From positions 1 to 30,618 of the IMG/VR virus record IMGVR_UViG_3300020045_000637: a stretch of DNA of 30,618 bases; one strand, given 5' to 3'. The position numbers and the translations under genes were made by a program. Every line of letters begins with the position of its first letter. The stretch's first letter is position 1. Below are positions 1 through 7,874 of the stretch, piece by piece. The notes under the pieces were generated by a model. The model had not been told where the DNA came from. It made no database searches and was given only the letters and a program-made list of their open reading frames with translations. Origin of the DNA: a virus (Duplodnaviria; Caudoviricetes).

Positions 1-647
1 CGTACAGGGGCCTTCTCTTTCTTCTTGGTATCAGGGGCCGCTTTAGAGAGAGCAGCCTCTAGCGGGCTTCCCTCGAAGTCTAGAGCACCTTTAGCCTCTT
101 CTTGCAACCAATCAGGCAGAGAAGAGAAAACTTCCATGTCTGGGTCGTAGAAATCGAAAATCTTCCCTTCATTAACGAGAGGTGGTGCCTTAGCAGCCTC
201 TTTAGGACGCATAGCAGAGACAGCGGCTACATTGTTGTAGGTTTTGCCTTTGCTCTCAGATTGAACCAAGGTGACAACACAGGGAGAACCAAGGAGTTTA
301 GCCCAATCACCACCATGTTCGCTGTCGGCGTCAAGAGCATAATAACGTTTGGTGCTCTTAGCCAAATCAGCTTTCAGAGGGAAGAAGGGGAGGTCTTCAG
401 AAATCCAACGGGGTTTCTCTGGAATGTCGTTATCATCCTCATCTTTCATAAACTCATCCAACACCTCATACGTCAGACGAATTTTAAGGGAGGGGGCTTT
501 CTCTTCCCCTTTGAAGGGACGGTTTTTCTGAATACCCATCAAGAGAATTTGTACCAGACGTGCTGGATACGAACCAGCATCGAGAGGGGGAATAGGTTTA
601 GCATTTGAGGTGCTAGGAAGTTTAGATGCGTTCAGGCCATTTGCCAT
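1..647 (-). CDS. Second allele of the SSB-like protein (paralog of 3487..4188), runs off the left window edge
   Basis: The reverse complement starts AAAGGAACTACAT-ATG GCA AAT GGC (MANGLNASKLPS...) at 647 and stays open to base 1. It is colinear with 3487..4133 without indels; manual count about 62 mismatches in 647 nt and about 5 aa changes. Confidence 0.85.
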   Translation of the reverse strand, partial: MANGLNASKLPSTSNAKPIPPLDAGSYPARLVQILLMGIQKNRPFKGEEKAPSLKIRLTYEVLDEFMKDEDDNDIPEKPRWISEDLPFFPLKADLAKSTKRYYALDADSEHGGDWAKLLGSPCVVTLVQSESKGKTYNNVAAVSAMRPKEAAKAPPLVNEGKIFDFYDPDMEVFSSLPDWLQEEAKGALDFEGSPLEAALSKAAPDTKKKEKAPV

Positions 648-666
648 ATGTAGTTCCTTTTATGAT

Positions 667-1014
667 CTAGTTATTAAGTTTCCACTTTCCCTCTGGGGCA
701 GTGAAGGTAGCTTTTGCGTAAGTTCCAGTTTCAATGTAGTAGATAACGACACCTTCAGGGATTGCTTCCCCCAACAGGTCATACTCAGCTTCTAATTCTG
801 CCATAACATCTTCAACAGTGTTGGGGAGTAGTGGACCTTGATACAGGATTGGGACCACTTCACAACAAGCAGGTTTGTTCTCATTGTCCCAACGACCACT
901 GTTGAAGAGATAGAAGTATTTTCTGTCAAACTTATGAGGATTTTTCTGAATGCCGTTACCAACCCACTCGCCATAGTGATAACCATCACCAAGCTTAACA
1001 AGCTCGTCTTTGTT
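667..1014 (-). pseudogene. 5'-truncated RNA ligase-like (Rnl2-type nucleotidyltransferase) gene, C-terminal 115 aa
   Basis: The frame of the 667..858 ORF extends upstream as NKDELVKLGDGYHYGEWVGNGIQKNPHKFDRKYFYLFN...VVPILYQG...PEGVVI..., carrying ligase-type GE and EGVVI motifs. It is cut by an in-frame TGA at 1017-1015, with no N-terminal KxDG motif. Confidence 0.7.
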
Positions 1015-1171
1015 TCATTCATTTTCTTCCGAGCGAGAAGAAAAGTATTTCAAAAAGTGTTGCCGAGATGGTGATCTTGCGAAAGTGAAAGAAATTTTTG
1101 ACAAACGACGGAAGGATAAAGAAATCCTTGGGTTTGCCCCACTAAAAACAGATTTGTCTGCACATATGTAA
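1013..1171 (+). pseudogene. Probable 3' remnant of a hypothetical gene (FHSFSSEREEKYFKKCCRDGDLAKVKEIFDKRRKDKEILGFAPLKTDLSAHM*)
   Basis: Protein-like open frame ending at TAA 1169-1171, directly before the AGGAGG RBS of the next gene; no RBS at its 5' end, which coincides with the ligase truncation point. Confidence 0.45.
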
Positions 1172-1181
1172 GGAGGGAGAA

Positions 1182-1373
1182 ATGAAGATTACCTATCGAC
1201 ATGGATATTATGGGGACGTTGAGTATAGTTTGATTGCTGCACGTCTTCAAACAGATAAACCATACCCGTATTTTGCGCTAACTGTTGAGGGTGAAATTCC
1301 TCTTTCTCTCTACGCAACAAGTTTTTACTACGAAAAGGGGAAACATGTATTTGACTGCTCTGAGAATTTCTAA
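1182..1373 (+). CDS. Hypothetical protein, 63 aa
   Basis: Strong RBS AAGGAGG; its stop overlaps the polymerase start (TAATG). Confidence 0.75.
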   Translation: MKITYRHGYYGDVEYSLIAARLQTDKPYPYFALTVEGEIPLSLYATSFYYEKGKHVFDCSENF

Positions 1374-3253
1374 TGCCAGTATTTGACGTAGAGGCTGATG
1401 GTCTTTTCCCAACTAAGTTCTATGTCCTCTCGTACCAAGAGGGAGACGAAGTGATTTCGCTAACCTCTCACGAGGAAATGAAAGATTGGCTTCTCTCTCA
1501 GAAGGTGTTAGTAGGACATAACATCATTCTTTTCGACATTCCACAATTGGAACGTGTCCTTAAGATTAAGATCACAGCTAGACTTATTGATACGCTAGCT
1601 TTGAGTTGGTATTTGTACCCTGAGAGGCAACGACACGGCTTAGCATGGTGGGGGAAAGAATTAGGAGTTGACAAACCCGAAGTGGAGGATTGGTTTAATC
1701 TCCCACTAGAAGTTTATGTAGACAGATGCCAAGAAGACGTTAAGATTAACACCCTGTTGTGGGAGAAGCAGAAAGCCTATCTCTCGTCTCTGTACAACAC
1801 TGATAAACCTGAAAGCTTAGGTATCGTTGGCTACCTTATGTTCAAGATGGATTGTGCAAGAGAACAGGAACGTAGTAAGTGGAAGCTTGATATTGACTGG
1901 TGTAAGGAGGCTAAAGAACGACTAGAAGCTGAACAACAACCACGTATTGATGCTCTACGACTAGCCATGCCTATGGTGCAGAAAAGTGTTTTAAAAAGTC
2001 CCCCAGCAAAACCGTATAAAAAAGACGGGACACTCTCTGTTGAAGGCGCTAAGTGGCAAAAATATTTATTGGATCAGGGGTTGACAAAGACTCATTCCCT
2101 CCCTATATATGTTGTAACAAAAGAGGAGGAACCAAACCCTAACAGCCCCTCTCAAATTAAAGACTGGCTATTCTCACTAGGTTGGGAACCTATTACATTC
2201 AAATTCGTAAAGGAAGATGATGGCACTGAAAGAAAAATCCCTCAGATTAAACTACCTGATTCCCCTGATATTTGTCCTAGTGTTCTTGAACTTGCAGAGG
2301 AAGAGCCAGCAATTCTGGAACTTGAGGGACTATCCATTATTAAACACAGACTTGGTGTTCTCAATGGATTCCTCGAAAACGTAGACGAAGAGGGGTGTTT
2401 GAAGGCAAGGGTGCAAGGATTTACCAACACCCTTCGGTTTAAACACACAGAGATTGTCAATCTTCCCGGTGTAGGTAAGCCCTATGGGAAAGAAATGCGT
2501 GGCTGCCTCGTAGCTAGAGAAGGTTATGAGCTAGTTGGCACTGACATGGTTTCGTTGGAAGACAACACTAAACGACATTTCATGTATTTCCATGATCCAG
2601 ATTATGTAAAGGAGATGTCTGACCCATCCTTCGACCCTCACCTCGACCTAGCTATTAGGGCTGGTGCTGTGGATGCAGAGGATGTAAAGCTTTACAAAGA
2701 AAATAAAGACGACAAGAACCTTGGAGCTAACCTCCTGTCGGTTATCCTGTCTGTTACGGGCCTCCGTAAATCTTATAAAGTGGTGAATTATAGCTCTGTT
2801 TACGGTGTAGGGGCTAAGAAACTCGCTAGGGAGCTTAAATGCTCTGTAGCAAAAGCCAAAGACATGCTAGAGAAATATTGGCAACGTAATTGGGCTGTAA
2901 AGACAGTGGCTGAGGGTTGTGAAGTGAAACGAGTGAACGGACAGATGTGGTTGTACAACCCAGTGTCTAAATTCTGGTATTCTCTTCGTAATGACAAAGA
3001 TCGTTTTTCTACACTAAACCAAGGAACAGGTGTCTATTGCTTTGACAGTTGGATCAAGGAGTGCCGTAAACGTCGTCCTCAGCTAACAGCACAATTCCAT
3101 GACGAGACTATCTCAGAAGTGAGAGAGGGGTTTGCAGCTAAGTTGCAAGCTCTACAACAAGAGGCGATTGACGCCGTAAATGACAAATTAAAACTTAACA
3201 TCACTCTTGCTATTGACTCACATGTCGGCAAGCGTTATTCGGAGATTCACTAA
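1373..3253 (+). CDS. polA: Phage DNA polymerase, family A, with 3'-5' exonuclease domain
   Basis: Exonuclease motifs VFDVEADG, GHNIILFD, CQEDV; motif A LVGTDMVSLE; motif B RKSYKVVNYSSVYG (Tyr at the E. coli 762-equivalent position, as in T7); motif C QFHDE. Confidence 0.95.
   Translation: MPVFDVEADGLFPTKFYVLSYQEGDEVISLTSHEEMKDWLLSQKVLVGHNIILFDIPQLERVLKIKITARLIDTLALSWYLYPERQRHGLAWWGKELGVDKPEVEDWFNLPLEVYVDRCQEDVKINTLLWEKQKAYLSSLYNTDKPESLGIVGYLMFKMDCAREQERSKWKLDIDWCKEAKERLEAEQQPRIDALRLAMPMVQKSVLKSPPAKPYKKDGTLSVEGAKWQKYLLDQGLTKTHSLPIYVVTKEEEPNPNSPSQIKDWLFSLGWEPITFKFVKEDDGTERKIPQIKLPDSPDICPSVLELAEEEPAILELEGLSIIKHRLGVLNGFLENVDEEGCLKARVQGFTNTLRFKHTEIVNLPGVGKPYGKEMRGCLVAREGYELVGTDMVSLEDNTKRHFMYFHDPDYVKEMSDPSFDPHLDLAIRAGAVDAEDVKLYKENKDDKNLGANLLSVILSVTGLRKSYKVVNYSSVYGVGAKKLARELKCSVAKAKDMLEKYWQRNWAVKTVAEGCEVKRVNGQMWLYNPVSKFWYSLRNDKDRFSTLNQGTGVYCFDSWIKECRKRRPQLTAQFHDETISEVREGFAAKLQALQQEAIDAVNDKLKLNITLAIDSHVGKRYSEIH
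2061..2109 (+). promoter_or_regulatory. Sigma70-like promoter embedded in the polymerase coding sequence
   Basis: TTGACA (2081-2086), 17 nt spacer, TATATA (2104-2109), with AT-rich AATATTTATT (2061-2070) upstream. Confidence 0.55.
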
Positions 3254-3483
3254 TGTTTAAAGTCTATGGCTACACCGCTAATGGTGGAGATGGTTCTTAT
3301 GGGATTGTCTGGTATCTAGACAGCGAGCTGGACGAAGATAGATTCAAAGACTACGATTTTGAAACCTACTGTGATGGTGATGGCTGCGGCCCTAAAATCG
3401 CACTAACTTTTGACACTGAGGAAGACGCGGTAAAAGCTGGCCTTCCTCACGGCATTGAGTACTTTAACAACTATAAGGAATAA
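3253..3483 (+). CDS. Hypothetical acidic protein, 76 aa
   Basis: TAATG coupling to the polymerase; GGAG upstream. Confidence 0.75.
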   Translation: MFKVYGYTANGGDGSYGIVWYLDSELDEDRFKDYDFETYCDGDGCGPKIALTFDTEEDAVKAGLPHGIEYFNNYKE

Positions 3484-3486
3484 TAC

Positions 3487-4188
3487 ATGGCAAATGGCCT
3501 GAACGCATCTAAACTTCCTAGCACCTCAAATGCTAAACCAATTCCCCCTCTCGATGCTGGTTCGTATCCAGCCCGATTGGTACAAATCCTCCTGATGGGC
3601 ATTCAGAAAAATCGCCCCTTCAAAGGAGAAGAGAAAGCTCCCTCCCTTAAAATTCGTCTGACGTATGAGATGTTGGATGAGTTTATGAAAGATGAGGATG
3701 ATAACGATATTCCAGAAAAGCCTCGGTGGATTTCGGAGGACTTGCCCTTCTTCCCCTTGAAAGCGGATTTGGCTAAGAGCACTAAACGCTATTACGCTCT
3801 TGACGCTGACAGTGAACATGGTGGGGATTGGGCTAAGTTGCTTGGCTCCCCTTGTGTCGTCACCTTGGTTCAGTCTGAGAGCAAAGGCAAAACCTACAAC
3901 AATGTAGCTGCTGTCTCTGCTATGCGGCCTAAAGAGGCTGCCAAGGCACCGCCTCTCGTTAATGAAGGCAAAATCTTCGACTTCTACGATCCAGACATGG
4001 ACGTGTTCAACGCTCTCCCTGATTGGTTGCAGGAAGAGGCTAAAGGGGCGCTAGACTTCGAGGGAAGCCCACTAGAGGCCGCTCTCTCTAAAGCGGCCCC
4101 TGACACCAAGAAGAAAGAGAAGGCCCCTGTAAAGGCATCTGAGAGCGTCTCCACTAGTGGCCCTGATGAGGGGGATGGTGACTGGTAA
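3487..4188 (+). CDS. Putative single-stranded DNA-binding / replication protein
   Basis: AAGGA RBS; GSYPARLVQI beta-rich N-terminus typical of phage OB-fold SSB-like proteins; acidic tail ending in an aromatic residue (DEGDGDW); lies just downstream of the polymerase. Confidence 0.6.
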   Translation: MANGLNASKLPSTSNAKPIPPLDAGSYPARLVQILLMGIQKNRPFKGEEKAPSLKIRLTYEMLDEFMKDEDDNDIPEKPRWISEDLPFFPLKADLAKSTKRYYALDADSEHGGDWAKLLGSPCVVTLVQSESKGKTYNNVAAVSAMRPKEAAKAPPLVNEGKIFDFYDPDMDVFNALPDWLQEEAKGALDFEGSPLEAALSKAAPDTKKKEKAPVKASESVSTSGPDEGDGDW

Positions 4189-4196
4189 GGGGGGAG

Positions 4197-4736
4197 ATGA
4201 AACAATTCGTAATAGCCGACATTCATAAAGGCCTTTCTTTAGATTATGTTCGTGAGCATCTGAAATACGACCCCGAAACAGGGGTCGTAACACGACTAAA
4301 GAAAAGGGGTAATGGTCCTGTAAAAGAGGACCAAATTACCTGTATTAGGTCTGATGGGTACATGGTTATCAACCTGAAAAATACCACCTTTCGTTTACAC
4401 AGGGTCATTTGGTTTCTCGTCACGGGAGAATGGCCTAAAAGCCGCATTGACCACGAGAATGAGAATAAATCTGACAACCGTTGGAATAATCTTAGAGAGG
4501 CAACTCACCAAGAGAACATGCGAAACCGAGGAAGCAAGAAAAATGTATCTTCTCCTTATCGAGGGGTTTCTTGGTGCAAGGTTAAGTCCAAGTGGACGGT
4601 TAGGGCTAAGTATGATGGAGTGTATCGGTTCTTAGGTTACTTTGACCTAGAATTAGATGCTGCCAAAGCCTATGATGATTTCGTAAAGGTTAGTTTTGGG
4701 GCCTTTGCCAACTTAAATTTTAAGGGGGACTCATGA
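4197..4736 (+). CDS. Free-standing HNH homing endonuclease with C-terminal AP2-like DNA-binding domain
   Basis: YDPETG, LHRVIW, IDHENENKSDNRWNNLREAT (HNH); SPYRGVSW...W...LGYFDLELDAAKAYD...FGAFANLNF (AP2). Confidence 0.92.
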   Translation: MKQFVIADIHKGLSLDYVREHLKYDPETGVVTRLKKRGNGPVKEDQITCIRSDGYMVINLKNTTFRLHRVIWFLVTGEWPKSRIDHENENKSDNRWNNLREATHQENMRNRGSKKNVSSPYRGVSWCKVKSKWTVRAKYDGVYRFLGYFDLELDAAKAYDDFVKVSFGAFANLNFKGDS

Positions 4737-5389
4737 AGCAATTTGTAATTCCTGATGTGCACGGGAACCTAAAGCTTTTAAATAAGGTCTTAGAGACGAT
4801 TGAAGCAAAGGAGGCCAGTGGGGAGATTATCTTCACTGGCGACTATATTGATCGTGGGGAAGATAGTAAGGGGGTGCTGGACAGGCTAATGGCTGGTCCC
4901 CCTGAAGGTTGGAAATACACTGTCATTCGTGGTAATCACGAAGATATGATGTTGGAAGCACGAAAAGACAGTTGGGCTTACGACATGTGGATCAGTAATG
5001 GTGGAGACAAGGCTAAACAATCTTTTAAAGATGGGCAAATTTCTAGTAAGTATTATGAGTTTGTCAAAAACCTTCCTCGTTACACCTATGACGACCATCG
5101 TATCTTCACCCATGCTGGTATTAGCGACAAGGTGCCAATCAACCACCAACACCCAGACATGACCCAATGGTTTAGGTTTCGTGATAATGACGACTACCCA
5201 ATTCACAATCGTTATGTCGTACATGGTCACACTCCCCAGAAGGTGCCTTTCGTAGGCAAGCATCGTTGCAACCTTGACACTAATGCTTGGAGGAACAATA
5301 TTATGTATGTAGGGGAGTTTGATAAAGATGTGGCTGGTGGTCCTATTGCTGTCCATATGGTTACAGCTTGGAAAGGGTTGCAAGCGTGA
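4733..5389 (+). CDS. Calcineurin-like metallophosphoesterase (lambda NinI-type Ser/Thr phosphatase family)
   Basis: Motifs DVHG, GDYIDRG, RGNHE, HAG, HGHTP, LDT. Confidence 0.92.
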   Translation: MKQFVIPDVHGNLKLLNKVLETIEAKEASGEIIFTGDYIDRGEDSKGVLDRLMAGPPEGWKYTVIRGNHEDMMLEARKDSWAYDMWISNGGDKAKQSFKDGQISSKYYEFVKNLPRYTYDDHRIFTHAGISDKVPINHQHPDMTQWFRFRDNDDYPIHNRYVVHGHTPQKVPFVGKHRCNLDTNAWRNNIMYVGEFDKDVAGGPIAVHMVTAWKGLQA

Positions 5390-6306
5390 AACCTCTTGTA
5401 GATATGGATATTTTGCTCTATGAAATTGGATTTTCTTCGGAACGAAGAGAGCCTAACGAAGAAGGGGAGATGGTTGTTGTACCAGCAACTTGGGATTTCT
5501 GTCAAGACCTCCTCGACAGGAAAATAGCACTTATCTGTGACGAGGTGCAAGCGACAGAACCCCCTCTTCTATTTGTCACTAACACCCACAAGGTGAACAA
5601 AACACTAAACAAGGAAAGAGTGAGACAAGGTGAAAAGCCTAAAGAGTATGTTGAAAACTTTCGTATCGAAGCTGCGAAAGAGAAAGAATACAAAGCTGGG
5701 AGGAAATCTACAAAACCCTTCCACTTCACTAACCTCCTCCATTATGTTCTTGCATCCTATGATGTACATGTTAATGAGCAAGGGCTAGAAGCTGACGATG
5801 CTATGGTGATTATGCAATACTCCGCTTTTAAAAACGGTGAGCTGAATACAATCATCTGTTCTCGTGACAAAGATGTACGTCAATGTCCGGGATGGCACTA
5901 CTCATGGGAAGTTGGGGGACAAGCCTCCATTGGACCTATCATGGTCGACGACTTGGGCGAGTTGGTCCATCGTAACCCAAACGAGAAAGACAGCAAAGGG
6001 AGGGCTAAACCAGCTAAAATCTTTGGGACAGGGGCTAAGTTCTTGTACTACCAAATGCTAGTTGGAGATGCTGTAGACAATATTGGTGGAATGAAGGGCA
6101 GAGGCCCTGTGTTCGCTTACAACCTTCTTAAAGACGCTACCTCCATTCGTCAGTGCTATGAATTGGTGGCAGAGATTTATGTCAAAACTTGGAACGATAG
6201 TTGGAAGGAAAAATTCAGAGAGCAAGTGGATTTGTTATACATGATTAAAGAGGTTGATGAACAAGGGGAGAAAATTAAGTGGACACCACCTTCCAAAGAA
6301 AACTAG
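5386..6306 (+). CDS. 5'-3' exonuclease (T7 gp6 / T5 D15-like); start more likely the GTG at 5386 than 5368
   Basis: VDMDILLY, YKAGR, LEADD, SRDKD and GDAVDNI motifs; GTGA overlap with the upstream stop. Confidence 0.88.
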   Translation: MKPLVDMDILLYEIGFSSERREPNEEGEMVVVPATWDFCQDLLDRKIALICDEVQATEPPLLFVTNTHKVNKTLNKERVRQGEKPKEYVENFRIEAAKEKEYKAGRKSTKPFHFTNLLHYVLASYDVHVNEQGLEADDAMVIMQYSAFKNGELNTIICSRDKDVRQCPGWHYSWEVGGQASIGPIMVDDLGELVHRNPNEKDSKGRAKPAKIFGTGAKFLYYQMLVGDAVDNIGGMKGRGPVFAYNLLKDATSIRQCYELVAEIYVKTWNDSWKEKFREQVDLLYMIKEVDEQGEKIKWTPPSKEN

Positions 6307-6455
6307 AAGACACTCTACTAGAAGAAATTTTTAATCTACGAGAGAAGATTGATGCGCTAGAGGATAATAGTGGTATTGCTGGTGCTATCTTTAAGGCCCA
6401 AATCCTAAGCTATAACCGTATTATAAAAGGGTTGAATAAAATTGAAGTACAATAG
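6279..6455 (+). CDS. Small hypothetical protein, 58 aa (MDTTFQRKLEDTLLEEIFNLREKID...), not in the ORF track
   Basis: GGGGAG RBS 8 nt before GTG; fills the gap between flanking genes and overlaps both. Confidence 0.6.
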   Translation: MDTTFQRKLEDTLLEEIFNLREKIDALEDNSGIAGAIFKAQILSYNRIIKGLNKIEVQ

Positions 6456-6801
6456 AACGCTGTTCGTTTTTGGGTCTAACCTAGCAGGACGGCATGGTAA
6501 AGGAGCAGCACTGTTTGCTCGTAACAACTGGGGTGCTGAGTATGGTGTAGGAGAGGGTGTCACTGGTAACAGCTATGCACTACCCACTAAAGATGAAAAC
6601 ATGAAGGTTAGACCCCTCCATAAGATTAAGGAGAGCTACATCACCATGAGGTATCTGGCCTATGATAACCCAACATGGTTGTTTCTCTTAACGCCTGTCG
6701 GTACTGGTCTAGCTGGTTACGAAAAGACAGACATCCTAAGCATCGTCCAAAACTATGAAATTCCCCCTAATATTGTATTTACAAAGGAGTGGTTTGAATA
6801 G
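6442..6801 (+). CDS. Conserved phage protein of the FVFGSN..GRHG.GAA family (possibly macro-domain-like)
   Basis: LFVFGSNLAGRHGKGAA, GNSYALPTKD and FLLTPVGTGLAGY motifs; TTG start. Confidence 0.8.
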   Translation: MKYNRTLFVFGSNLAGRHGKGAALFARNNWGAEYGVGEGVTGNSYALPTKDENMKVRPLHKIKESYITMRYLAYDNPTWLFLLTPVGTGLAGYEKTDILSIVQNYEIPPNIVFTKEWFE

Positions 6802-7217
6802 CAAGAGTAGTTAAAGACAAACCTAGATCATCAGGAACCATGACCGAAGCAGCATTTGTCTCCTTCGTCAAAGGGCATCTCAGACGAGCCTCTAGGTTCT
6901 GGCGACCTATAACAGAAACCCTCAAGGCAGCTAACCTGCGGAGAGGTGTTTATCTTTGCAATGAGTGTAAAGAAGAAGTTCCTAAATCTGTTGTAGTTGA
7001 TGGTAAACGAGTGAACAATGTTTCAGTTGACCATAAATCCCCCATCGTAGACCCAACTACAGGGTTTAGTGGATGGGACGACTTCATCAATAATCTATAT
7101 TGTGAAGCAGAAAATCTACAGGTGTTATGTAGAGCTTGTCATAACGCGAAAAGCGCCAAAGAACGCGATCTGGCTAAAATAGCCAAAGATAATAAGAAGG
7201 AAACTCTTAGTGAATAA
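6798..7217 (+). CDS. HNH endonuclease with Zn-binding Cys pairs; probable ATA start at 6798 (first ATG at 6840)
   Basis: CNEC, VDHKSPI, ENLQVLCRACHNAKS; AAGGAG RBS 8 nt before the ATA at 6798. Confidence 0.85.
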   Translation: MARVVKDKPRSSGTMTEAAFVSFVKGHLRRASRFWRPITETLKAANLRRGVYLCNECKEEVPKSVVVDGKRVNNVSVDHKSPIVDPTTGFSGWDDFINNLYCEAENLQVLCRACHNAKSAKERDLAKIAKDNKKETLSE

Positions 7218-7470
7218 ATTCAACACATTCGACGACATCCAACACCGACCTCTCCGTATCTACAACCGTTCAGTTATGTTTCATAACCTGTACGAGGATC
7301 AAGGGAAGTGGGTGGCACAAGAATATGCTAATGCCCTAAGTAAAGAGGCTCGCCTCGAAATTGCACAAATGACTGCCCTAGTTAAGAAGATTGGCGTCAA
7401 GAAAGTTAAAGAGCTTGTTACGGCAGGTGTAGACTTTGTTGATGATGAGTATCGTGAGGGGGCTGTATGA
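7210..7470 (+). CDS. Hypothetical protein, 86 aa
   Basis: AAGGA RBS, GTG start, overlaps both neighbours. Confidence 0.75.
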   Translation: MNKFNTFDDIQHRPLRIYNRSVMFHNLYEDQGKWVAQEYANALSKEARLEIAQMTALVKKIGVKKVKELVTAGVDFVDDEYREGAV

Positions 7471-7874
7471 GTCACATTAACTATTACGAACCTAACCTAA
7501 ATCATCCAAACAACATCTCATCTGGCGGTACAACTAACCTACCAGTTTGGAACACGCAACTACCTAAAGATTGGCTTGTTAAAACCCCTGATGGAGGCCC
7601 AGCAGAATATTACGACCTACCACCTAATCCAAAAACTCTTAACGACCTCCTAGAGTATAAGGGCGATAAACATTGGCTAGGGGACTCCTTCCATTTGTCC
7701 AATATCGTTAAAGCCGCGTGGCGGTGGGGGATTAAGTCTGGTGTAGATAAGGCCTACGATGCCCGTAAGTTTATCTACTCGGGTGTCCGTCTCCTCCTTA
7801 AGTATCAAGGGTTGGAAGAGACCAGAGCAACGTTGCAAAAACTTTTGGATGACCCTCAGTTTGGAGGCAAGTAA
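7467..7874 (+). CDS. DUF3310-like protein (T7 gp1.7-related, putative nucleotide kinase-like)
   Basis: GGPAEYYD...LNDLLEY...FHLSNIVKAAWRWGIK...YDARK pattern resembles the DUF3310 family; ATGA coupling. Confidence 0.55.
   Translation: MSHINYYEPNLNHPNNISSGGTTNLPVWNTQLPKDWLVKTPDGGPAEYYDLPPNPKTLNDLLEYKGDKHWLGDSFHLSNIVKAAWRWGIKSGVDKAYDARKFIYSGVRLLLKYQGLEETRATLQKLLDDPQFGGK

Noticed and set aside
102-608. 168-aa + strand ORF (and its mirror 3526..3819 -)
   Set aside because: Antisense shadows of the SSB-like gene copies; the substitutions are synonymous in the opposite frame.
1-4133. Inverted repeat as an invertible shufflon or a diversity-generating retroelement TR/VR pair
   Set aside because: No recombinase or reverse transcriptase in the window; differences are synonymous and not adenine-specific.
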